This document shows, piece by piece, positions 10,844-19,836 of a stretch of 64,000 bases of DNA. The stretch lies in assembly GCA_007133565.1 (NCBI GenBank), contig SLMM01000011.1, positions 1,128-65,127 on the forward strand, in the 5' to 3' direction. The translations under genes were made by a program, and so were the position numbers. Within the stretch, counting starts at the first letter, position 1. The number at the start of each line of letters is the position of its first letter. Source of the stretch: Bacteroidales bacterium (GTDB lineage Bacteria; Bacteroidota; Bacteroidia; Bacteroidales; PUMT01). Under the pieces are notes generated by a model. The model was not told the origin of the DNA. It worked only from the letters and a program-made list of their open reading frames with translations, and did no database searches.

Positions 10844-10988
10844 TTGTGATAGGTTTTTGATATTATGTAATCAGAAAAATTCGAATTACTTCCATTTGAA
10901 AGGCTAAATTAAGAATTTTAAAATGCAAACTAAAACATCCGGGTCAAATAATTTTTTATTATGTTGGTTATTTTCAACAATTTTTATT

Positions 10989-10996
10989 TACTTTTG
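10989..10996 (+). promoter_or_regulatory. candidate Bacteroidota -7 promoter element (TAnnTTTG) for rpsA
   Basis: TACTTTTG lies 67 nt upstream of the rpsA ATG in an AT-rich intergenic region. No clean -33 TTTG seen. Confidence 0.35.
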
Positions 10997-11062
10997 CATC
11001 TCCTGAAATAATCCATAAATAATGTCTAACTTATTAATTATTAAATTTTTTGCTTTAAAATT

Positions 11063-13639
11063 ATGACAGAAAAAGAGAAAGAAAACGCCCCTGAAGAGGA
11101 GTTGAAAAACACAACAGAAACAAGCGAAAACGAAGCCGCCAAAGAACCCGCAAAGGAGGAGAAACCCGCTGAAAGTGAAGAAACGGCAAAAACCGAACAG
11201 CCTGTAGCCGAAACAGAAACAAACAAAGCACAGGAGGAGGTGAAATCAGAGTATTCCGCTACCGAATCTGAAAACCCGGAAGAAAAACCGGAGAAAAAAC
11301 CGGAAGAAACTCCGGCTGAAAAAACTGTTGCTGAGGCTGATACCGCAGATAAAGAAGACAAATCTGAACAACCGGTTGCAGGAATGATCGAAGAGCCCGA
11401 AGAAGGCACTGTCGAAACCAAACCGGGTGAAGTCGTGACCATGGTTGACACCATGGCTGATGAGCCGGCTGAAGACAACGGACCAGCAGCTGCTGCTGAA
11501 GAATTTGACTGGGACAACCTGGAGGAGGATACTGACAACTATTCAAAGGAAGAAAGGGCCAGGTTCGAGGAGATGTACGACAAAACCCTCTCCACCATAA
11601 ATGTAAATGAGGTGGTTGACGGGACCGTTATTTCAATGAGCAAACGCGAAGTAGTCATCAACATCGGATATAAGTCTGAAGCAGTAATCAGCCTTAGTGA
11701 ATTCCGTTACAACCCCGACCTTAAGCCAGGTGACACTGTCGAGGTTTATGTAGAGAGCCAGGAGGACAAGAAGGGCCAGCTGGTCCTCTCACATAAAAAG
11801 GCCCGTGCACTCAGGTCATGGGACAGGGTGAATGCAGCTCTTGATAATGACGAGATCATAAAAGGATATATAAAATGCCGTACAAAAGGCGGTATGATAG
11901 TTGATGTATTCGGCATTGAGGCATTCCTCCCCGGTTCGCAGATAGATGTTAAACCTATCCGCGATTACGATGCATATGTAGGAAAAACAATGGAATTCAA
12001 GGTTGTTAAGATAAATCATGAGTTCAAGAACGTAGTTGTATCCCACAAGGCACTTATTGAAGAGGAGCTTGAACAGCAGAAGAAAGAGATAATCGCCAAG
12101 CTTGAAAAAGGTCAGGTGCTTGAAGGAACCGTCAAGAACATTACCTCCTACGGTGTATTCATTGATCTGGGAGGTGTAGACGGACTGATACACATAACTG
12201 ACTTGTCCTGGGGAAGGGTCAACCACCCTGAAGAGATTGTAGAACTGGACCAGAAGGTCAACGTGGTTATACTTGATTTCGATGATGCCAAGAAGAGAAT
12301 TGCACTGGGCATGAAGCAGCTTACGCCTCACCCGTGGGATTCACTTGACCCCAATCTCAAGGTCGGCGACAAGGTCAAAGGCAAGGTAGTGGTTATGGCC
12401 GATTACGGAGCATTTGTCGAGATAGCTCCCGGTGTTGAGGGACTTATACATGTTTCGGAAATGTCATGGTCACAACACCTTCGCAGCGCCCAGGAATTCA
12501 TGAAGGTGGGAGATGAGGTTGAAGCCTATATCCTGACGCTCGACCGCGAAGAGAGAAAGATGTCCCTTGGCATCAAGCAACTTAAGCCCGATCCGTGGGA
12601 AGATGTTGAGGAGAAGTATCCGGTCGGTTCGAAGCATACCGCAAAAGTCAGGAACTTCACAAATTTCGGTGTATTTGTTGAGATAGAAGAGGGTGTTGAC
12701 GGGCTGATCCATATATCTGACCTGTCATGGACCAAGAAGGTAAAACACCCGGCTGAATTTACCTCTATCGGCGAGGAGATTGAGATAGTGGTTCTTGAGA
12801 TCGACAAGCAGAACCGCCGCCTGAGCCTGGGACACAAACAGCTTGAAGAAAACCCCTGGGATGTCTTCGAAACGGTGTTCAGTGTTAACTCTGTGCACGA
12901 AGGGACCATTACAGATGTGTTTGACAAAGGTGCTCTTGTTGCGCTTCCCTACGGTGTGGAAGGATTTGTTTCCACAAAACATCTGGTCAAGGAAGACGGC
13001 AGTAAGGCGAAAGTGGATGAAAGACTTCCCTTCAAGGTCATAGAGTTTTCAAAGGCCGCTAAGCGCATCATCCTTTCACACACAAAGGTGAATGAAGAAG
13101 ATACCAGGCCAAAGGATCAGGACGCCAAAAAAGCAAAGCAGGCACCCAGCGCACATAAAACTATGCGCAAGCTCAAGACCAACCTTGAGAGAACCACCCT
13201 TGGCGATATTTCAGAACTGGCATCACTGAAGGAAGAGATGGAAGAGGGCTCAAAAGAGGCAGAAAAGAAAAAGAAGGCTGCTGCTGACAAGGCTGCTGCT
13301 GATAAGGCTGCTGCTGATAAGGCTGCTGCTGATAAAGAGGTGAAAACTGAGAAAAAGGTTGAAAAGAAGCCCGAAGTAAAGGAGAAGGTTGAAGCTGAAA
13401 AGAGGCCCGAGCCCGAAACAAAGGAAAAACCTGAGGCAGAGGAAAAACCTGAGGCAGAGGAAAAGCCTGAGGCAGAGGAAAAGCCTGAGGCAGAGGAAAA
13501 ACCTGAGGCAGAGGAAAAGCCTGAGACTGAAACTGGTAAAGACCAGAAAGACAAAGCCAAAGCTGAAGGGAAGCCTGAAGCAAAGGAGAAGCCTAAAGCT
13601 AAAACCGGAAGTGAGGAAAAATCAGAAGATAGCAAATAA
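11063..13639 (+). CDS. rpsA: 30S ribosomal protein S1 with long N- and C-terminal low-complexity extensions
   Basis: Six S1 (OB) repeats are readable (e.g. 'GTVISMSKREVVINIGYKSEAVI', 'GTVKNITSYGVFIDLGGVDGLIHITDLSW', 'GKVVVMADYGAFVEI', 'AKVRNFTNFGVFVEI'). They are flanked by an E/K/P/T-rich N-terminus and a K/E/A/P repeat tail. Confidence 0.92.
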   Translation: MTEKEKENAPEEELKNTTETSENEAAKEPAKEEKPAESEETAKTEQPVAETETNKAQEEVKSEYSATESENPEEKPEKKPEETPAEKTVAEADTADKEDKSEQPVAGMIEEPEEGTVETKPGEVVTMVDTMADEPAEDNGPAAAAEEFDWDNLEEDTDNYSKEERARFEEMYDKTLSTINVNEVVDGTVISMSKREVVINIGYKSEAVISLSEFRYNPDLKPGDTVEVYVESQEDKKGQLVLSHKKARALRSWDRVNAALDNDEIIKGYIKCRTKGGMIVDVFGIEAFLPGSQIDVKPIRDYDAYVGKTMEFKVVKINHEFKNVVVSHKALIEEELEQQKKEIIAKLEKGQVLEGTVKNITSYGVFIDLGGVDGLIHITDLSWGRVNHPEEIVELDQKVNVVILDFDDAKKRIALGMKQLTPHPWDSLDPNLKVGDKVKGKVVVMADYGAFVEIAPGVEGLIHVSEMSWSQHLRSAQEFMKVGDEVEAYILTLDREERKMSLGIKQLKPDPWEDVEEKYPVGSKHTAKVRNFTNFGVFVEIEEGVDGLIHISDLSWTKKVKHPAEFTSIGEEIEIVVLEIDKQNRRLSLGHKQLEENPWDVFETVFSVNSVHEGTITDVFDKGALVALPYGVEGFVSTKHLVKEDGSKAKVDERLPFKVIEFSKAAKRIILSHTKVNEEDTRPKDQDAKKAKQAPSAHKTMRKLKTNLERTTLGDISELASLKEEMEEGSKEAEKKKKAAADKAAADKAAADKAAADKEVKTEKKVEKKPEVKEKVEAEKRPEPETKEKPEAEEKPEAEEKPEAEEKPEAEEKPEAEEKPETETGKDQKDKAKAEGKPEAKEKPKAKTGSEEKSEDSK
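13274..13333 (+). repeat. in-frame 15-nt tandem repeat x4 (AAGGCTGCTGCTGAY; encodes KAAAD x4) inside rpsA
   Basis: Read directly: aaggctgctgctgac aaggctgctgctgat aaggctgctgctgat aaggctgctgctgat. Confidence 0.9.
13424..13531 (+). repeat. in-frame 18-nt tandem repeat x6 (GAAAARCCTGAGGCAGAG; encodes EKPEAE x5 plus EKPETE) inside rpsA
   Basis: Read directly. Units differ only at one A/G wobble position until the sixth, degenerate unit. Confidence 0.9.
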
Positions 13640-13828
13640 CCGGTAATTGTTGTTTATAAAATATAGCTTTAAATACCTGTAAACTTTGAATTATTTGATT
13701 ATTTTAGCCAAAAGATTGTTTTTTCGTATTTCTTTATTATAAACCACTATTGACTGAATAATTATTATTATTTTAGCTGATGAGTGTTTTTATTCAAAAA
13801 GAAGTACCACCAATTAAAACTTTTGAGG

Positions 13829-14185
13829 ATGGAATTCAATATTGAAAAGTTTGACAATTACACGAAGATACAGGTGCTTGAAGAAAAGCTCGACACACAC
13901 ATTGCCCCTGCACTTAAATCAGAGCTGGTACTGATATCGGGTAAGGGTGAAAAAAATGTGGTGATGGATCTTGGAAACTGCAAGTACTGCGACTCTTCAG
14001 GGCTGAGCGCCATACTGGTTGCCAACCGTCTTTCAAAGAATGCGGGGGGCATATTTGTACTAACCGGGCTTAATGACGCTGTTGAGAGGCTTATAACGAT
14101 ATCTCAACTCGATACTGTTCTGAACATTACCCCATCTGTGCAGGATGCCGTGAAATTAATTGAAACGGAACAGGCCAGCAGCTAA
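13829..14185 (+). CDS. STAS-domain protein (anti-sigma-factor antagonist family)
   Basis: 'LDTHIAPALKSEL', 'VVMDLGNCKYCDSSGLSAIL' (conserved Ser) and 'GLNDAVERLITISQLD'. I chose the internal ATG at 13829 over the track start at 13784. Confidence 0.8.
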   Translation: MEFNIEKFDNYTKIQVLEEKLDTHIAPALKSELVLISGKGEKNVVMDLGNCKYCDSSGLSAILVANRLSKNAGGIFVLTGLNDAVERLITISQLDTVLNITPSVQDAVKLIETEQASS

Positions 14186-14207
14186 TACAGGCGTTACAGT
14201 ATCACAA

Positions 14208-15143
14208 GTGTCGTTTACATTTACAATACTGGGGAGCAGCTCAGCTGTCCCCACTTCAGAGAGATTTCCGGCCGCTCATGTAGTCAATGTACATGAGCGG
14301 CTTTTTCTGGTTGATTGCGGTGAGGGAACCCAGATACAGCTCAGGAAGAACAAAATAAGCTTTGGAAGGATTAACCATATTCTCATATCACACATTCACG
14401 GCGACCATACATTCGGCCTTTTCGGACTGATAAGCACCCTGAGCCTGCTTGGAAGAAAAAGTGACCTTCATATATATGCCCACCCCGTGCTGGAATCAAT
14501 ACTGAATGACCACCGCAAATACTATTATGAATACCCCCTGCCGTTCAAAATAATATTTCATCGGATAGGTTCAGCCAGAAGTAAACTTATCTTTGAAGAC
14601 GATAAGCTTGAAATACACACCATACCGATGAAGCACAGGGTTCCTGCCTGCGGGTTCCTTTTCAGGGAAAAGCCTCCCTTGCTGAATATCAGGAAAGAGA
14701 TGGTGAAGTTTCACAACATCCCCGTAAGGGAAATAATTAATATAAAACAGGGGGGTGACTTTATAACCGGTACAGGCGAAATAATCCCTAACAGGGTCCT
14801 CACCCTGCCTCCAGTTAAACCAAGGTCGCTGGCCTATTGTACTGATACAAAATATACCGAATCGATACTGCCTTACATTAACGGCGTTGACATCCTCTAT
14901 CATGAAGCCACATACCTGCATAACATGCTTGAACGAGCAAGGGAAACGGGTCATTCCACTGCCAGGCAGGCCGGCATGATTGCCGCAAAGTCCGGACCGG
15001 AAAAGCTTATAATAGGGCACTTTTCAGCCAGGTACAAAACTGTTGATCTGCTTGTTGAAGAGGCAAGAGAAGAGTTCCCAGCGACTTATCCGGCAAATGA
15101 AGGTGATTGCCATGTGATTGAGCAGTTCAGACCTCCCTTGTAA
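14208..15143 (+). CDS. rnz: ribonuclease Z
   Basis: 'ILGSSSAVPT', 'LVDCGEGTQ' and 'ISHIHGDHTFGL' (HxHxDH). A GTG at 14208 gives the usual RNase Z N-terminus; the track start at 14160 would overlap the STAS gene. Confidence 0.88.
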   Translation: MSFTFTILGSSSAVPTSERFPAAHVVNVHERLFLVDCGEGTQIQLRKNKISFGRINHILISHIHGDHTFGLFGLISTLSLLGRKSDLHIYAHPVLESILNDHRKYYYEYPLPFKIIFHRIGSARSKLIFEDDKLEIHTIPMKHRVPACGFLFREKPPLLNIRKEMVKFHNIPVREIINIKQGGDFITGTGEIIPNRVLTLPPVKPRSLAYCTDTKYTESILPYINGVDILYHEATYLHNMLERARETGHSTARQAGMIAAKSGPEKLIIGHFSARYKTVDLLVEEAREEFPATYPANEGDCHVIEQFRPPL

Positions 15144-15188
15144 ATATGCATGGGTGATATTTGACAATTTATCACACAACCCATATCT

Positions 15189-15695
15189 TCAATATATTAT
15201 CTCATCCAAAACCTCCCAGCTTATCTCACCCTCGTCACCAATCTCATAACTAAGGAGCATGGCGCCGGCCAGGTGTCCGTCTTCAAAATAGGCAAAGACC
15301 CATCTTTTGTTGAGTATATGAATACCATCCATGTAATAGAACCCCATGGTTCCTCCAAGCACTGCCGGTGAGCCTATGATATCGGGGGCGGCAGCAAGAT
15401 CCTCCCTGAGATCACGAATCGGATCTGACAGCCCCTTCTTCTGCAGATCCTCGATCTGCCTGTTGTTAAGAAACGGAGGCACAGCACCGGTTACCCTGTA
15501 TTCCTGCAGGAGCAGGGAAAGACTGTCATTTCGGTTGACACACTCCTGAACAATGGTGCCCGATTCGGCGAGCTTTTTCTCAAGCTCAGCAACACGGCCG
15601 GCATCAGCAAACGAAAACACCAGCAATATCAGAAGGACTACTATCGCAACCGATTGTATAGTTATTATAATATATGTATTCCTTTCCTTGATCAT
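15189..15695 (-). CDS. hypothetical membrane-anchored protein
   Basis: 168-aa ORF with an N-terminal TM helix (IIITIQSVAIVVLLILLVF). No family recognised. Confidence 0.55.
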   Translation of the reverse strand: MIKERNTYIIITIQSVAIVVLLILLVFSFADAGRVAELEKKLAESGTIVQECVNRNDSLSLLLQEYRVTGAVPPFLNNRQIEDLQKKGLSDPIRDLREDLAAAPDIIGSPAVLGGTMGFYYMDGIHILNKRWVFAYFEDGHLAGAMLLSYEIGDEGEISWEVLDEIIY

Positions 15696-16033
15696 TGCTT
15701 ATTGATTTGGTTCAATACGAACAAAATTATAAAAATATACGGGTTGTCTGGAGATCAGTCGCTGATATTCCGGTACTCGTGTTGATTTCTTCAGCTTTCT
15801 GCAATTTTGAACTGTAAGATCCTGCAGCTAATATCAGTTTAACTGGTTGTATGATATCGAACAATGAGTGTCCGTTTACGAACATATCTGGTAGTCAGCA
15901 TCTGCTTTTAAATATTACTTACTGTCGTAATATGTGAGCATTACACTGAATGGCAGGCTTTTTGATACAAAAAAGCATTGCTGATAATGATAACCCATAC
16001 GCCTGATAGTTCCTAACCAAAATTATTTTAAAA

Positions 16034-16924
16034 ATGCAACATCTGATTTTTCTGAAAAGGGCCTTGTGGCCGGTGTTTATTTTATTGCTAATTAGCGGTT
16101 GTGATGATGGAGAACCGTCACCAGCTCCTCCTTCGGCCGATTTTGAGGCCTCTGAACGGGATATCCATATCTGGGATGTGGTTCAGTTCAGATTGGTTTC
16201 CGAAAACAGCGAGGTTGATACTGAATGGCACTTTGAAGGTGGCTCTCCTCGATATTCCGATGAGAACGATCCTGAAGTACTGTATAAGGCGCCGGGTGAA
16301 TACGGAGTAACTCTCACAGTAAGGAATGAAGCCGGAGAAACAATCGTAGAACAGGAAAAATTCATAGTGGTAAGTGAATACGATAACCACTACGGTTCAC
16401 TGACCGACACCAGGGATGGCCAGACATACAAGGTTGCGATTATAGCCGGACAGCATATAATGGCCGGGAACCTGAATTTCGATGACGGGAAAGCTGTTCT
16501 TTATGATAACGACCCGGAAAATGGCGAAGTGCACGGACGGCTGTATACATGGGAAATGGCCATGGAAGCCTGTCCCCCGGACTGGAGGCTGCCAACCAGG
16601 AGTGAATATGCGCTGATAAGGGAATACCTTGGCGGGGAATATGTTGCAGGGGGTAAGATGAAACTCCCGGGTACAGATCACTGGGAAGAGCCTAATGAAT
16701 GGGCTACCAACAGCTCAGGGTTCTCTGCACCGGGATCGGGGATGTATCAGCCCGGACACCTGGAGTTCTACAGCCTCGGGGAGAGCACAACCTACTGGAC
16801 CATGACTGAAACGGATTACGACGCTGCATGGTCCATGGTTCTGATGACCCGAAACGGACGAATGGCAATACAGAACACAACCAGCAAGGAATTATGGTTT
16901 TCAGTAAGGTGCATTAAAGATTGA
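16034..16924 (+). CDS. lipoprotein with a PKD domain and a FISUMP (Fibrobacter succinogenes major paralogous) domain
   Basis: Lipobox LISGC. PKD-like 'ADFEAS...GEYGVTLTVRNEAGE'. FISUMP motifs 'TDTRDGQTYKV', 'GRLYTWEMA', 'CPPDWRLPT', 'AGGKMK', 'NSSGFSA' and a C-terminal 'SVRCIKD'. Confidence 0.85.
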   Translation: MQHLIFLKRALWPVFILLLISGCDDGEPSPAPPSADFEASERDIHIWDVVQFRLVSENSEVDTEWHFEGGSPRYSDENDPEVLYKAPGEYGVTLTVRNEAGETIVEQEKFIVVSEYDNHYGSLTDTRDGQTYKVAIIAGQHIMAGNLNFDDGKAVLYDNDPENGEVHGRLYTWEMAMEACPPDWRLPTRSEYALIREYLGGEYVAGGKMKLPGTDHWEEPNEWATNSSGFSAPGSGMYQPGHLEFYSLGESTTYWTMTETDYDAAWSMVLMTRNGRMAIQNTTSKELWFSVRCIKD

Positions 16925-16981
16925 CCCCCATTAAAATTCTTTTTCGCGTTAGCTTATTTATCTTTGCTTTTATTAAGTTTA

Positions 16982-17012
16982 CTGCCCGGTACAGATACCG
17001 GGCAGTTTTTTG
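16982..17012 (+). terminator. rho-independent terminator after the FISUMP gene
   Basis: Perfect 10-bp stem CTGCCCGGTA / TACCGGGCAG, loop CAGA, followed by TTTTTTG. Confidence 0.75.
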
Positions 17013-17128
17013 TGCCATTCAATGAACATTGACCGGATTTTTTGGTTAAGCCGCTGATACGAATTGATAAATGGCAGCCGTTTATAATTGCAGGCAAAAA
17101 CAGCTGCCATCACAAACTTTGTTGAACA

Positions 17129-17947
17129 TTGAGAAAAACAGTCAAGATCATCGTTGTCCTGCTGAAACTGATTATCCTGCCTTATTCAGCCGGAGCAAAT
17201 ACCGGAGAACCGGCAACGAAATATATTGGCATCGGTGCAGGATGGACTTATGGGGGACTGAGGGATTATGGCATATCACCGCTATACTACAGCGGACATC
17301 ATGCATCAGGAGAAGCCGGTTACCTGATATACTCTGACAGCCTTATGGTGCAAATAGAAGCAGGTTACAGCCACGGAACCATCAGTCCCTCAATATATCC
17401 CGGTCCGGACGGTTCAAAAATGAAAAGCATCAAGGCCAGTGCAGATTTGCATTACCTGCGGTATGCAGGAAGCATTGCCGGCGACAGGATCAGGATATAT
17501 GCAGGAGGCATGCTGACATCACGTTTCGGATATTACGAGCATAACAACCTGATGAACAGCGCCAGGAAGAACTATATATTCAGCGCTTTGAACCTTGGAG
17601 GGGGACTGGCACGTGAGATAAATGCAGGTTCAGGCAGATCCATGATTATATTCACGGTTGAAGTGCCGGTTGTATCGCTGATCATGCGACCATCATATTC
17701 TTATATCAGGCCCGAAGGTTTCCTGAACCATAATACCGGCAACCTCGAGAGTTTTTTCTCAAGTATTGAGATATCTTCTGTTAATCGTTTTACGGGTGCC
17801 GGAACAAGCCTGGCAATTGAACGAAAGCTTAATAGCGGCAATAAGCTCAGTCTGGGATACAGATGGGAGTACTTTGATCACAAGAACCCGAACAGGCTCA
17901 AATCTGCCTTGCACGGTTTGTCAATAAAAACACTTTTCAGCCTTTAA
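17129..17947 (+). CDS. hypothetical protein, possible outer-membrane beta-barrel
   Basis: 272 aa with a signal-like N-terminus and alternating hydrophobic/polar, G/Y/S-rich segments. TTG start as given by the track. Ends 9 nt before the S41 gene. Confidence 0.5.
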   Translation: MRKTVKIIVVLLKLIILPYSAGANTGEPATKYIGIGAGWTYGGLRDYGISPLYYSGHHASGEAGYLIYSDSLMVQIEAGYSHGTISPSIYPGPDGSKMKSIKASADLHYLRYAGSIAGDRIRIYAGGMLTSRFGYYEHNNLMNSARKNYIFSALNLGGGLAREINAGSGRSMIIFTVEVPVVSLIMRPSYSYIRPEGFLNHNTGNLESFFSSIEISSVNRFTGAGTSLAIERKLNSGNKLSLGYRWEYFDHKNPNRLKSALHGLSIKTLFSL

Positions 17948-17956
17948 AAGCATCTC

Positions 17957-18976
17957 ATGCGAAAATTGCTGATTATACTTCTGATTACAATACCAGCTGC
18001 CATCTCGTGCGAAAAGATGCTGATAGGCGATGACGGCGAAAACACTCCCGTTAATAATTTTGAGCTTATGTGGGAGGTAATTGACAGAAACTATTCATTC
18101 TTTGAATACAGGAACATAAACTGGGATTCACTCTACAATGAATACCGGCCAAAAATCAACAACGGGATGTCAGACCAGGAGTTGTTTGACGTAATGGCTG
18201 CCACGCTGTTTGAGCTGCGCGACGGACACGTGAATTTGTATTCGGGTTTTGACCGCTCAAGGAATGTTGAATGGTACTCCCTCCATCCTGCAAATTTCAA
18301 CCAGGAGCTGATTGATCAGCATTACCTGGCAGATAACCGGGAAACCATCGGCCCGTTTGTTACCACCATCATCGGCTCAACCGGGTATGTTTACTCCGGA
18401 TCTTTTTCGGAAAGGATCAAAGAGAGTGATATTGATGCGGTAATTGATAAATTTTCAGGGCTGAAGGGCGTAGTATTCGATGTAAGGAACAACAGCGGCG
18501 GTTATGGCAGCAGTGGTGAGATAATATCGGGAAGATTTGCCGACACCAGAAGGCTTGTATCATACACACTCTACAAATCCGGTCCCCGTCACAACGATTT
18601 CACCTCGCCCCAGCCCAATTACGTGGTTCCTCTTGGCAACAGGCAGTTTACCGGGAAAGTAGTGGTTCTGACCAACAGAAGGGTTTACAGCGCGACAAAC
18701 GATTTTGTGCTCTTCATGTCGGCGTTTCCACATGTAACCATAATGGGCGACTACACAGGAGGAGGTGGCGGCACACCATACGATTACGAACTCTATAACG
18801 GCTGGAGAATAAGGATACCCAGGACCATGACCCTGGCGCCAAATGGTTTTAATGTAGAGAATGGCATCCCACCCGACATAAACGTAAGGCTTTCAGGAAC
18901 TGATGAGAGAAACGGTATTGACACCATCCTGGAAGCCGCCCTGATATACATTGATGATGCATCAAAACAGCCATAA
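17957..18976 (+). CDS. S41-family (tail-specific-protease-like) peptidase lipoprotein
   Basis: Lipobox AISC. 'VVFDVRNNSGGYG' and 'RRVYSATNDFVLFM' (catalytic Ser region) are typical of Peptidase_S41. Confidence 0.8.
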   Translation: MRKLLIILLITIPAAISCEKMLIGDDGENTPVNNFELMWEVIDRNYSFFEYRNINWDSLYNEYRPKINNGMSDQELFDVMAATLFELRDGHVNLYSGFDRSRNVEWYSLHPANFNQELIDQHYLADNRETIGPFVTTIIGSTGYVYSGSFSERIKESDIDAVIDKFSGLKGVVFDVRNNSGGYGSSGEIISGRFADTRRLVSYTLYKSGPRHNDFTSPQPNYVVPLGNRQFTGKVVVLTNRRVYSATNDFVLFMSAFPHVTIMGDYTGGGGGTPYDYELYNGWRIRIPRTMTLAPNGFNVENGIPPDINVRLSGTDERNGIDTILEAALIYIDDASKQP

Positions 18977-18992
18977 GCCGATTTCCAGAGGT

Positions 18993-19655
18993 ATGGGCAG
19001 GATAATCAAAATGACAGGTGACGGCTCACCTACCCTGTTCGTGCCTGAACTTAATGAACATTATCATTCTGTTTACGGTGCAATGGCTGAATCTGCCCAT
19101 GTGTTCATTGAAAACGGATTAAACCGAATTAAAAAGAATGAAATAGCGGTATTTGAAGTCGGGTTCGGAACGGGACTTAATGCCTGGCTAACGTGCCTGT
19201 CGGCCGGGAAAGACCATAAAAGGGTCAGTTACCACACAATAGAGATCAACCCCCTCGACAGAACCGAATGGATTGAATATAAAGAACATCTCACCGGAAA
19301 AGAAGGAAATTCCCTGTTTGAATTTATCCATGAATGCCCCTGGGAAAAAGAGATTGAAATAACTCCCTGGTTCAAAATAAATAAAATTGCAGGAGATATT
19401 GCCGGGCACAATACAAGCATGCTTTATGATGTTATATACTTCGATGCATTCGGTCCGGAAGTTCAGCCTGAATTATGGGGCAGTCGTATTTTCAATAAAA
19501 TCGCAGCCTGGATGAACACAGGCGCCCTGCTTACGACATATTCCGTCAAGGGTACAGTGCGCAGAAACCTTCAGGCCGGGGGATTGAAGGTCGAACGCAT
19601 TCCGGGTCCGCCCGGAAAAAGGCAAATGACATTGGCTTTCAAACCTTTTCAATAA
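18993..19655 (+). CDS. mnmD: tRNA (mnm5s2U34) methyltransferase MnmD-like (MnmC methyltransferase-domain family)
   Basis: 'TGDGSPTLF', 'HS.YGA..ES.HVFI', 'EVGFGTGLN' and 'YDVIYFDAFGPEVQPELW'. I chose the start at 18993, after the S41 stop. Confidence 0.75.
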   Translation: MGRIIKMTGDGSPTLFVPELNEHYHSVYGAMAESAHVFIENGLNRIKKNEIAVFEVGFGTGLNAWLTCLSAGKDHKRVSYHTIEINPLDRTEWIEYKEHLTGKEGNSLFEFIHECPWEKEIEITPWFKINKIAGDIAGHNTSMLYDVIYFDAFGPEVQPELWGSRIFNKIAAWMNTGALLTTYSVKGTVRRNLQAGGLKVERIPGPPGKRQMTLAFKPFQ

Positions 19656-19836
19656 CCATGCAAAATGTAATTTCTTTCTTATTATGCTATTTTCTGAATA
19701 ATTTCCTTTACTTTCGTGGATCAGTTTTCCAGGGTATATATGCTCAGCTTTGCCCCTGATAACACTTTGGACATCAGAAGTTAAGAAGCTAATAATTATG
19801 ATAATCAAATCAATTTCTAACCATAACAAAATCAAA

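Noticed and set aside
11041-11538. 165-aa Ser-rich ORF (and the 95-aa ORF at 11259..11546) antisense to the 5' end of rpsA
   Set aside because: It is a mirror-image artefact of the GAA/AAA/GCT-rich low-complexity coding region of S1. The composition is Ser/Ala/Phe-biased with no motif, and it is fully embedded in a high-confidence gene.
12626-12634. GGTTCGAAG, a tRNA T-loop-like string
   Set aside because: It lies in frame inside rpsA and has no surrounding cloverleaf complementarity. No tRNA is supported anywhere in the window.
13274-13531. Tandem repeats considered as a possible CRISPR or minisatellite locus
   Set aside because: The units are 15 and 18 nt, directly abutting with no spacers, and are in frame within rpsA. 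This is not CRISPR architecture.
13117-13646. Several ORFs (172 aa and 136 aa antisense, 85 aa sense out of frame) over the rpsA 3' repeats
   Set aside because: The repeat-driven open frames translate to repetitive SASGFS / PLPQ(A/V)F / LRQRK(N/S) strings. The S1 frame is the only one continuous with a conserved protein.
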